A DNA stretch of 64,000 nucleotides from Mobula hypostoma (taxonomy: Eukaryota): contig NC_086097.1 of the NCBI RefSeq assembly GCF_963921235.1, positions 109,494,001 through 109,558,000 on the forward strand, read 5' to 3'. Made by a program: the position numbers and the translations under genes. Of this stretch, positions 53,201-64,000 are shown piece by piece (position 1 is the first letter of the stretch; every line of letters begins with the position of its first letter). Below the pieces are notes generated by a model that did not search any database, was not told the DNA's origin, and was given only the letters and a program-made list of their open reading frames with translations.

Positions 53201-56200
53201 ATGGGTTCCTACAATTACAGATGGACCTAGGCCAATGTTTCCTAGAACTACAGAGGAGCCCAGGCCATGGTTTCCTAGAACTACAGATGGATACAGGCCG
53301 TGGGTTCCTAGAACTACAGATGGATCCAGGTCATGGTTTCCTACAACTGCAGATGGGCCCAGGACATGGGTTCTTACAATTACAGATGGACCAAGGTCAT
53401 GGGTTCTAACAACTACAGATGTATCAAAGCCATGGGTTCCTACAAATACAGATGGACCTAGGTCATGGGTTCCTGGAACTACAGATGGACCCAGGCAATG
53501 GGTTCCAACAAGTACAGAAGACCTAGGCGATGGGTTCCTAGAACTACAGGTCGGCCCAGGCAATGGGCTCCAACAAGTACAGGTGGACCCAGGTCATGGG
53601 TTCCTACAATTACAGATGGACCTAGGCCATGGTTTCCTAGAACTACAGAGGAGCCCAGGCCATGGTTTCCTAGAACTACAGATGGATGCAGGCCGTGGGT
53701 TTCTAGAACTACAGATGGATCCAGGTCATGGTTTCCTACAACTGCAGATGGGCCCAGGACATGGGTTCTTACAATTACAGATGGACCAAGGTCATGGGTT
53801 CCAACAACTACAGATGTATCAAAGCCATGGGTTCCTACAAATACAGATGGACCTAGGCCTTGGGCTACTACAACTACAGATGGGCCCAGGCCATGGGTTC
53901 CAACAACTACAGATGGATGCAGGCCTTGGGTTCCTACAACTACAGATGGATACAGGCCATGGGTTCTGACAACTATAGATGGGCCCAGGCCATGGGTTCC
54001 TAGAACTACAGATGACCTACGCCATGGGCTCCAACAACTACAGGTGGACCAAGGCCATGGGTTCCTACAAATACAGGTGGATCCAGACATGGGTTCCTAC
54101 AACTACAGATGGGCCCAGGCCATGGGTTCCAACAACTACAGATTTACCTAGCCATGGGTTCCTAGAACTACAAATGGGTCCAGGCCGTAGGTTCCTAGAA
54201 CTACAGATGGACCCAGGCAATTGGCTCCAACAACTACAGGTGGACCCAGGCCATGGATACCTATAACTACAGATGGGGCCATGCTATGGGTTCCTACAAT
54301 TACAGATGGACCCAGGCTATGGGTTTAGGGAACTACAGATGGACCTAGGCCATGGGTTCCTACAACTACTGATGGACGCAGGCTGTGGGTTCCTACAACT
54401 ACAGATTGACCTAGGCCATAGGTTCCTAGAGCTACAGATGGGCCCAGGCCATGGGTTCCTAGAACTACAGATGGACCCTGGCCATGGATTCCTACAACTA
54501 CAGATGGGCCCAGGCCATGGGTTCCTACAACTACAGATGGGCCCAGGCCATGGGTTCCTACAACTACAAATGGGTGCTGTCTATGTTTTCCTAGAACTAC
54601 AGATGGATCTAGGCCACGGATTCCTACAACTACAGGTGAACCCATGCCATGGGTTCCAACAACTACAGATGGACCTAGGCCATGGGTTCCTAGAATTACA
54701 GACGGGCCCAGTCCATGGGTTCCCAGAACTACAGATGGACCCAGGCAATGGGCTCCAACAACTACAGGTGAACCCAGGCCATGGGTTCCTAGAACGACAG
54801 ATGGGCCCAGGCAATGGGTTCAAACAGCTACGGGTGGATCCAGACATGGGTTCCCACAACTACAGATGGGCCCAGGCCATGTGTTCCAACAACTAGAGAA
54901 GGACGCAGGCCGTGGGTTCATTGAACTACAGATGTACCAAGGCCATGTGTTCCTACAACTATAGATGGGCCCAGGCCATGGGTTCCTTCAATTACAGATG
55001 GACGCAGGCCGTGGGTTCATTGAACTACAGATGTACCAAGGCCATGGGTTTCTGCAATTACAGATGGATTCAGGCCATGGGTTCCTACAACTACAGATGG
55101 ACCTAGGTCATGGGTTCCTGGAACTACAGATGGACCCAGGCAATGGGTTCCAACAAGTACAGAAGACCTAGGCGATGGGTTCCTAGAACTACAGGTCTGC
55201 CCAGGCAATGGGCTCCAACAAGTACAGGTGGACCCAGGCCATGGGTTCCTACAATTACAGATGGACCTAGGCCATGGTTTCCTAGAACTACAGAGGAGCC
55301 CAGGCCATGGTTTCCTAGAACTACAGATAGATGCAGGCCGTGGGTTCCTACAACTACAGATTGGTCCAGGCCATGGGTTCCAACAACTACAGATGGGTGC
55401 AGGCCATGGGTTCCTACAACTACAGATGGGCCCAGGCCATGAGTTCATACAATTACAGATGAACCCAGGCCATGGGTTCCAACAACTACAGATGGATACA
55501 GGCCATGGGTTCTGACAACTATAGATGGGCCCAGGCCATGGGTTCCTAGAACTACAGATGACCTACGTCATGGGCTCCAACAACTACAGGTGGACCAAGG
55601 CCATGGGTTCCTACAAATACAGGTGGATCCAGACATGGGTTCCTACAACTACAGATGGGCCCAGGCCATGGGTTCCTACAACTACAGATGGATCCAGGTC
55701 ATGGGATCCTACAACTACAGATGGGCCCAGGCCCTGGGTTCCTACAACTACAGATGGGCCCAGGCCATGGGTTCCTACAACTACAAATGGATGCAGTCTA
55801 TGTTTTCATAGAACTACAGATGGATCTAGGCCATGGATTCCTACAACTACAGATTGACCTAGGCCATAGGTTCCTAGAGTTACAATGGGCCCAGGCCATG
55901 TGTTCCTAGAACTACAGATGGACCCTGGCCATGGGATCCTACAACTACAGATGGGCCCAGGCCATGGGTTCCAACAACTACAGATTTACCTAGCCATGGG
56001 TTCCTAGAACTACAAATGGGTCCAGGCCGTGGGTTCCTAGAACTACAGATGGACCCAGGCAATGGGCTCCAACAGCTATAGGTGGACCCAGGCCATGGAT
56101 ACCTATAACTACAGATGGGCCCATGCTATGGGTTCCTACAATTACAGATGGACCCAGGCTGTGGGTTTAGGGAACTACAGATGGACCTAGGCCATGGGTT

Positions 56201-58450
56201 CCTACAGCTACTGATGGACGCAGGCCGTGGGTTCCTACAACTACAGATTGATCTAGGCCATAGGTTCCTAGAGCTACAGATGGGCCCAGGCCATGGGTTC
56301 CTAGAACTACAGATGGACCCTGGCCATGGATTCCTACAACTACAGATGGGCCCAGGCCATGGGTTCCTACAACTACAAATGGATGCAGTCTATGTTTTCC
56401 GAGAACTACAGATGGATCTAGGCCATGGATTCCTACAACTACAGATTGACCTAGGCCATAGGTTCCTAGAGCTACGGATGGGCCCAGGCCATGGGTTCCT
56501 AGAACTACAGATGGACCCTGGCCATGGATTCCTACAACTACAGATGGGCCCAGGCCATGGGTTCCTACAACTACAAATGGATGCAGTCTATGTTTTCGGA
56601 GAACTACAGATGGATCTAGGCCATAGATTCCTACAACTACAGGTGAACCCATGCCTTGGGTTCGAACAACTACAGATGGACCTAGGCCATGGGTTCCTAG
56701 AATTACAGATGGGCCCAGTCCATGGGTTCCCAGAACTACAGATGGACCCAGGCAATGGGCTCCAACAACTACAGGTGAACCCAGGCCATGGGTTCCTACA
56801 ACTACAGATGGGCCCAGGCTATGGGTTCCTACAACTACAGATCGGCCCAGGCCATGTGTTCCTACAACTACAGATGGGCTCAGGCCATGGGATCGTTCAA
56901 TTACAGATGGACCCACGCCATGGGTTCCTACAACTACAGATGGACGCATGCCGTAGGTTCCTACAACTATAGATGGGCCAAGACCATGGGTTCCAACAAC
57001 TACAGGTGGACCTAGGCCATGGGTTCCTGGAACTACAGATGGGCCCAGGCCATGGGTTCCAACAACTACAGATGGATCCATGCCATAGGTTCCTACAACT
57101 ACAGATGGACCTAGGTCATGGGTTCCTGGAACTACAGATGGACCCAGGCAATGGGTTCCAACAACTACAGATGGACCTAGGCCATGGTTGGTACAATTAC
57201 AGATGGATCCAAGCCATAGGTTCCTACAATTACAGATGGACCAAGGCCATGGGTTCCAACAACTACAGATGGACCTAGGCCATGGGTTCCTAGAACTACA
57301 AATGGACCCAGGCCATGGGTTTCTGCAATTACAGATGGATTCAGGCCATGGGTTCCTACAACTACATATGGATGCAGGCCATGGGTTCCAACAACTACAG
57401 ATGGACCTAGGTCATGGGTTCCTGGAACTACAGATGGACCCAGGCAATGGGTTCCAACAAGTACAGAAGACCTAGGCGATGGGTTCCTAGAACTACAGGT
57501 CGGCCCAGGCAATGGGCTCCAACAAGTACAGGTGGACCCAGGCCATGGGTTCCTACAATTACAGATGGACCTAGGCCATGGTTTCCTAGAACTACAGAGG
57601 AGGCCAGGCCATGGTTTCCTAGAACTACAGATGGATGCAGGCCGTGGGTTCCTAGAACTACAGATGGATCCAGGCCATGGTTTCCTACAAATACAGGTGG
57701 ATCCAGGCCATGGATTTCTCCAATTACAAATGGGCCCAGGCCATGGGTTCCTGGAACTACAGATGGACCCAGGCCATGGGTTCCTACAACTGCAGAAGGG
57801 TCCAGGCCATGGGTTACGACAACTACAGTTGGGCCCAGGCCATGTGTTCCAACAACTACAGATGGACCTAGGCCATGGGTTCCTAGAACAACAGATGGAC
57901 CCAGGCAATGGGCTCCAACAACTAAACAGGGGTACCCAGGCCATGAATACCTGTAACTACAGATGGGCCCATGCCATGGGTTCCTTCAATTACAGATGGA
58001 CCCACGCCATGGGTTCCTACAACTACAAATGGACGCAGGCCGTGTTTTCCTAGAACTACAGATGGATCCAGGCCATGGTTTCCTACAACTACAGATGTGC
58101 CCAGGCCATGGGTAACAACAAGTACAGAAGACCTAGGCCATGGGTTCCTAGAACTACATATGGATGCAGGCCGTGGTTTCCTAGAACTACAGATGTACCC
58201 AGGCCATGGGTTCCTAGAACTACAGATGGGCCTAGGCCATGGGTTCCTACAAATACAGGTGGACCCAGGCCATGGGTTCCTACAACTACAGATGGATCCA
58301 GGCCATGGGTTCCTACAACTACAGATTGGCCCAAGCCATGGGTTCCTACAATTGCAGATGGATCCAGGCCATCAGTTCCTACAACTACAGATGGCTCCAG
58401 GCCATGGGTTCATGCAACTACAGATGGACGCAGGCTGTGGGTTCCTACAA
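38295..58450. repeat. 33-bp tandem satellite array (consensus ~GGCCATGGGTTCCTACAACTACAGATGGACCCA): about 14 units left and about 520 units right of an inserted CR1
   Basis: Directly visible periodicity, with 11-aa periodic translations in the ORF track. The left edge (38295-38400) is degenerate. Unit counts are estimated as length/33. Confidence 0.97.
38773..41220 (-). mobile_element. 5'-truncated CR1 LINE (end of APE domain plus RT) inserted in the satellite
   Basis: ORFs 38747..39691 and 39642..40607 carry CR1 RT motifs ([49 protein letters not shown]). (ATAGAAC)n tail at about 38773-38800. Confidence 0.95.
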
Positions 58451-58639
58451 AGCTCCATGGCTACATAGAAAGCAAAAGAAGTTTAGTATTATATTGAATA
58501 CCAGCTTGTGAAGGTCTGTGGTCTGGCAAAAGTTGGCTAAAAGAAAATGAATAAAAAATAAGTATATAAAAACAAACTTGCATGTATTTTTATACATTAC
58601 TAAAAGGAAGATGCAAGCTGTATAAATGTGTGTTGCTCC

Positions 58640-59332
58640 TGTAACGCTCAGCTATATTGGCTGGTATACGTCTAGGGGAAATTCTGCCCGGCACCGGCCT
58701 GAACGCTTCCCACTGGGTCGGTTGCTGTACCACTGTCACGCAAATCAATCCCAAATTCAATCAACAGTACGTTTTACCAAGTACACTTTATAGGTATTAC
58801 TAAGTCTGTGAAATTAATATCAGTTCGACACAGAAAAGGAAGTAATGGAAAAAAAAAGGCGCCAGACTTATCAAAGTCCAAGTTCTTTGCGTGCAACTGT
58901 TGGAGCTCATTCGATTCCTGACGACCACCCGAATCCTGTCGACTCACAGCTTGGGACCACCCGAAGTGATCGACCAGAGCCTTTCCGCACGTCCGTCGTC
59001 TTCCTCGTCTCTCCTCCGACTCCCCGCCAAAACCCCATCCACCGTCCTCCCCATCTACCGTCCTCCCCATCTCTCCTCCGACTCCCCGCCAAAACCCCAT
59101 CCCCAGTCATATGATACAGCATTATCATCCGAAAGCAAAACGATACATGAACACCCACTGGCTAATAGCATCCTGCTATCTGTACTAACCCAAGCAACTG
59201 TCTAACTAGAGACTTTCTCAGCATTTAACATAACATAGAAGCCATTTTAATCCATATACGCAGCAGTTTAAAAGATTAAAATAGCAAAGAAGCCATTTTA
59301 AATTTAACACACAAAAAAAAGAGACACGTACG
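58640..59332. mobile_element. Probable solo LTR with a short internal tandem duplication
   Basis: Starts TGTAACG and ends CGTACG (CA expected), with flanks CTCC/CTCT. CpG-rich relative to its surroundings. ctcctccgactccccgccaaaacccca occurs twice at about 59010-59100. Confidence 0.5.
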
Positions 59333-60595
59333 CTCTGAGAATGTCACAGGGGAATTAATAAAGGAAAATAAGTGAACAGCAGGAACTTTGAAAAAATATT
59401 TTTATTTGATTTCTCAGTAGAAGATATAAAATGTATCCCAATAACAATGGAATATCAGGGGCAAAAAAAAAGGAATTTCAAACAATCATTACATTGCAAA
59501 TCCCCTCAGGCATGTATTTACCATCTGGTAGAGTTTTTTGACAGATCACCTCCAGGCAAAAATAAAACAATAAAACATCTCCTGCCATATCTTCTGAAGT
59601 ACATGTAAATACGTTATTGTATCACCCCCTGCCCTTACTGAATATAGATGGCCTTAAATGAATGATGTTTGGTTAACAGCTCTCTTCTTGTTACTTGCCT
59701 TAATGAACACAAGCATGTAAGAGCTTATGGACAGGTTGCAGGTGACAAGAATAGGACTTTGCTGCTTTAAGGAAAAGCAGATGAGTATAGAGTGTGAATA
59801 GAGAATGGGGTCTCCAGGTAAAGCATTAATGATGCAGGCAGGTAGACATATTAGTGAGCTCGATGAATACAAGAGTTCTCAGTCATTATATATGGACAAG
59901 AAATAAAAGGAGATCTTCCTGAGAATTAATAATATTGTCAAGTTATTGGGACAGGACAGAGAACAGAAAAAGATGGCTTTATACAGAAGAATGAAGGTGA
60001 TATATTGTTTCCAATGCACCCTGAAACATGAACACTGGTGTATTTACAAATGCCATGAACATGGAAGTTCTACAAAGTTCTGTAGCATTATTTTAATGTA
60101 GTACTTTCAGAGATTTTTGGGAGTTTTAAGATTAGCACATGCAGCCAAAGACCAGACAATATGGGATCAAAACATATGGGATCTAAGGATAAAGGTTAAA
60201 CAATAAAATCTCTGACTTTCCTTAGATTGAGGATCCTTTAATTGTGCAGGCTGGCAAATGAAAGAAGTGAATCAGAACTACTCGTCTCTTTGGACCAACT
60301 ATTTGAAGGATGAACTGTATCAAATTGGTTGCAAGAATATGGCAAATGTGTATGCGGACAATTGAAACCCTCAGCACTAGCTTGGCCACCTCTAGATTTC
60401 ACTATGCTCTTTGAGAATTTAAATAAGGACAGGACATAGACAGTGAATGTTGTGGAACAAGGAGACCTCCACAGTTCCCCGAAGGTGGCAACAGGTAGAC
60501 AGGGTGGTGAGAAAAAAGCATATACCATGCTTGCCTCTTTCGACTGAGTCACTGAAGAGCTGCACAGAACATTGGTTAGGCTGACTTGTGATATT

Positions 60596-60689
60596 GAATC
60601 CTGACGAAGGGTCCTGGCCCAAAACGTCAACTGTACCTCTTCCTATAGATGCTGCCTGCTCTGCTGCGTTCATCAGCATTTTTTGTGTG
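60596..60689 (+). mobile_element. 94-bp Penelope-end mini-insertion with a degenerate hammerhead, inside an old plus-strand CR1 fragment (about 60440-61120)
   Basis: TSD TTGTGATATT at 60586-60595 and 60690-60699; CTGACGA-AGGGTCCTGGCCC-AAAACGTC. Confidence 0.8.
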
Positions 60690-61315
60690 TTGTGATATTT
60701 TATGCAGTTTTGATCGCCACGCAACAAGAAAGATGTGATTCAGCTGGGAAGTGACATGAATATACAATTCTGAGAGGACTGAATAAGGTAAAACACACAA
60801 AGTTGTCTCCCAAGGTAGGGATGTCTAAAACTGGAATCCATATAGTTAAGGTGAAAATGAGGACATTTGAAGGGTTTCTGAGGGGCAAAGCTTTTACATA
60901 AAGCAAAGCTGGTCTCTGGACCTAGCAGCCAGAGGGAGTTGTAGAGGCAAGGACAGTAAGAACAACAAAGAGGAATCTGGATGGGTGCTTGAACAAGCAA
61001 GACGTGGAGAGATATCGAATTAATGTTGGCATGTAGGGTTAGTGTTTACAAGCATGATAGTCAGCATAGATGTGATGGACCAAAGGGCCTTTATCTGTTC
61101 ATACAACTCTATAACCCTATGCAGAAAAACAACTGGGGAATGATTGTTTTTATATGGAGAGCCATTATGATGTACAATGGTCTATATTATGCTCATAATG
61201 TTCATTATTGTAGAAGGCTCTGTTTCCTGAGAGTGGAAGGAAATTCCTTTTGTTCTTTCAAAAGTAATTAAAAAATAAAATAAAAAATAGAGAGCTTTTC
61301 TTCTTTTTCTGTGCA

Positions 61316-61562
61316 ATTTATTTTATTTATTGAGATATATAGCACGGTTACAGGCCATTCCAGCCCAATGAGCCCGTGTCACCCATAAGACCAATTAACC
61401 AACTAACCAACTAACGCAAACATCTTTAGAATGTGGGAGGGAACTGGAACACCCAGAGGAAACCCATGCGGTCAAGTGGAGAATGTACAAACAGCGGCGG
61501 ATTTGATCTGGGTCACTGGTGTCGCAATAACGTTAACTATCTGCTATGCTACCTGCTGCCCT
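61316..61562 (-). mobile_element. V-SINE-like element
   Basis: tgtgggagggaactggaacacccagaggaaaccc, with (TTTA)n tail. Confidence 0.65.
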
Positions 61563-62517
61563 CTTTTATTTCTTTGCTATCCTCCTTTCTACAAATTTGG
61601 TTCTTAAGGGCTGTATTAAACATCATCTGGCATATATTACTCAGATTCTGTGATCTCCCTTTATTGCCTCCTGCCGAACCTGAAAGAAGCTGTAGTCTAC
61701 TCTTTAGCTAGCCACACATTTCCCTCAGTCCAATGAAAGGTAACAAGCTCAACAAGGGTTGATAGCAGCTTCCATAACATTCAACAAATGGTGATGATAG
61801 AAACCGAAAGGGCTATCTGGTCCATGTATGTATGTTACTGCTGGACACCTGCAAAGAGCAGCATGCACTGTGCTGGTCAGGAGCGTCTCCATGTGGTGTG
61901 GCAGCTGCACTTGTCCAGCCATCACAAGCAGCCTCCCTGCACTGAGTCATGAGGTAAATACAGAGCGCCAGCAGAAGGCAAGGATTTGAGTTAGGTTGCC
62001 AGCACAGCAGTGGACAGAAATGTAGAGGGAAGGATTTCATACCAACTATACCAAATTCATGAAAGTCCTCTACTCCAGACTGTCGAAGAAGCCAGGAAGA
62101 AATGTATTCATTGCAATGAAATTCAAGTTCATTTTCAACAACGAAAGAACTTGTATTAAAGTATCATTATCCCCTTAGTAATTTTGGAAGTGTAACAGAA
62201 ATGAATTTAAAGGATAGATAAGACTTAGGGAACATCTGGCATCTGCTTGGAATGTAAGCACCTTGTCATCAAGCAACATCAGTTCAATACAAAATGACAA
62301 TCAATTTGCAAATGATTGACAATAAAGGACAGAATATGCAATTTAAAGTAAGAAAAGAAAGTTCCTGGAAATGGAGCAGGTAGTCTGAGAAAAATCCATT
62401 CATTTCTACTGCCATTTAATTTTAGAAGAACTGAATGAAAGATTGGGCACGGGAAGATGTAACTGGCACACACTTAAAGATTAGCCTTTGTATATCTTTC
62501 TCTGTCATTCCATTGAT

Positions 62518-62820
62518 CTATTTATTTATTCACATACAGCAAGGAAATGGGCCTCCCTGGCCTGTCGAGCCACACGGTCCAGCAATCCCCTAATTAACCC
62601 TTGCCTAATCACAGGACAATTTACAGTGACCAATTAACCTACTAATCGGTACGTCTTTGGACTGTGGGAGGAAATCAGAGCACCCAGAGGAAACCCACAT
62701 GATCGTGGGGAGAAGGCACAACCTCCTTACTGGCAGCAGTGGAAATTGAACCCAGGTCACCTGTACAGTAAAGCATTGTACCTGTACAGTAATGCCAGAC
62801 TACACTACCATGCCGCCCTG
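62518..62820 (-). mobile_element. V-SINE-like element
   Basis: tttggactgtgggaggaaatcagagcacccagaggaaaccc; head ends ...taccatgccgccc. Confidence 0.7.
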
Positions 62821-64000
62821 CATTAAATCGTACAGGCTTCATATCTGAGCGCCAACACACTCGGGGAAAATCTGTCCCTCCAGTGTGGGCATTACAAATC
62901 TGACAAACCTGGGAACAGACATACAATGAATTAGTATGAAGTCTCCATTCATTGGTTTGTGTCTTCACAGGTAGAACAGCCAGAGTGTTTGTTACCATGC
63001 AACGCCAGAGTCTGGAGTTAAGGAACTAGAGAATAAGTAATGTTGACTTTATGATCATCAGTTTTACCTGATTTACAGCATCACTTCATCTAGCCAGGTT
63101 ATACTTACTGAAAGCTAGACTTGGAAATGTTCAAATTGCTTTGCCCATTCCATCTGTCATGGGAAGATCTGCTCAGAAATTCATTCATAATTCTATTTTT
63201 CTCTCAGGGCTATGCAATTAAAAATACTTTTTTCATAGTAAACCATCAAAAGTGACCATGTTCACAGCATTTCAAAGATTCAAATATCAAAGAATGCATA
63301 AATTATATAACCTTGAGATTTGTTTGCTTAACACACAGTCACCAAGCAAAGAACCCAAAACAACCTAACTAAAAATAATAAAACCTCCAGTGCCCACAGA
63401 GAAAGAGAAAAGAAACAAAACAAATCATGCAAACAAAAGTACCGAACAACAACAGCACTCTGAACCAAATTGAGTCCCTAGATCCAAATCGCTGGAGCAG
63501 CCCAGAGTAGGCCCGAAGCCTCAGTATGCAGTTCATCATAGTAGCAGGGAAAGTTGCCGCAAAGTTCACCGACACGAAGCACAGCAGCCGGGAGCAATCT
63601 CATAGCCTTGGCGACGCGCGAGAGGAGCCCCCAAGTATCTGGGCTGGCTTTCAAGTTGTCCAAAACTTACACTAGAAACCGGTCCCCGCCATGATGAATA
63701 GTTCTCGGCCTAGAGGCCTGGATTTCAGTGCCGGTGAAGCTGTTTATGACTTCTCCTAATCAGCTCGGTGCTTAGAATGATTCACCCGGGTTAGTTGGAT
63801 GGGCATCAGAGTCCCTCCGTCCTGTCTTCTCCCCCCCAAATTGTCCACTCCAACCAGCACAGCCCCAACTTCAAGTGTGTTGATTTTGCAGTGCAGCAGC
63901 AGGGCACATGTTGAGATGCGCTTTGGCCTCACTTGCCTCTTCATTGTTTGTGGTGATAGTTTACCACAATTTACTTCAAAAAAGGTGTTGTTAATAATGT

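Noticed and set aside
38295..58450. CRISPR-like array (33-bp, partly palindromic repeat)
   Set aside because: Units are head-to-tail with no unique spacers, there are no cas genes, and the context is vertebrate.
41217..58511. Long repetitive ORFs (MDPGHGFLQLQ, WVPTTTDGPRP, MGSYNYRWAQA, GPSVVVGTHGL; up to 426 aa) as a mucin-like or repeat protein
   Set aside because: These follow from a unit length divisible by 3. ORFs appear in most frames on both strands, and 32-bp units and stops repeatedly break or switch frames.
61813..62040. Cys/Ala-rich minus-strand ORF as an upstream ITPRID1 exon
   Set aside because: No motif similarity and no convincing splice pair identified.

Overview
Eukaryotic, repeat-dominated vertebrate DNA; the CR1, V-SINE and Penelope families suggest a cartilaginous fish (inference). 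The only host gene I can support is on the minus strand. Three phase-compatible GT-AG exons (37444-37320, 29328-29217, 24460-24119), plus a weaker candidate terminal exon (22568-22320), splice into a coiled-coil region resembling the C-terminus of ITPRID1/CCDC129 (ITPRID2/SSFA2 family), recognised from memory. About 17.7 kb between 38.3 and 58.5 kb is a 33-bp satellite with kb-scale higher-order duplications, interrupted by a young CR1. The rest is nested mobile DNA: CR1 LINEs, a degenerate Gypsy element, solo LTRs, Rex1/Babar-like fragments, Tc1 remnants, V-SINEs, a bipartite RTE derivative, and a Penelope-like GIY-YIG element. The most notable observations are minimal hammerhead ribozyme motifs in the Penelope ends, a Penelope insertion that holds an inverted copy of its own target flank, a 94-bp ribozyme-bounded mini-insertion, an 83-bp-arm intronic palindrome, and the satellite architecture. 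No database searches or alignments were run.
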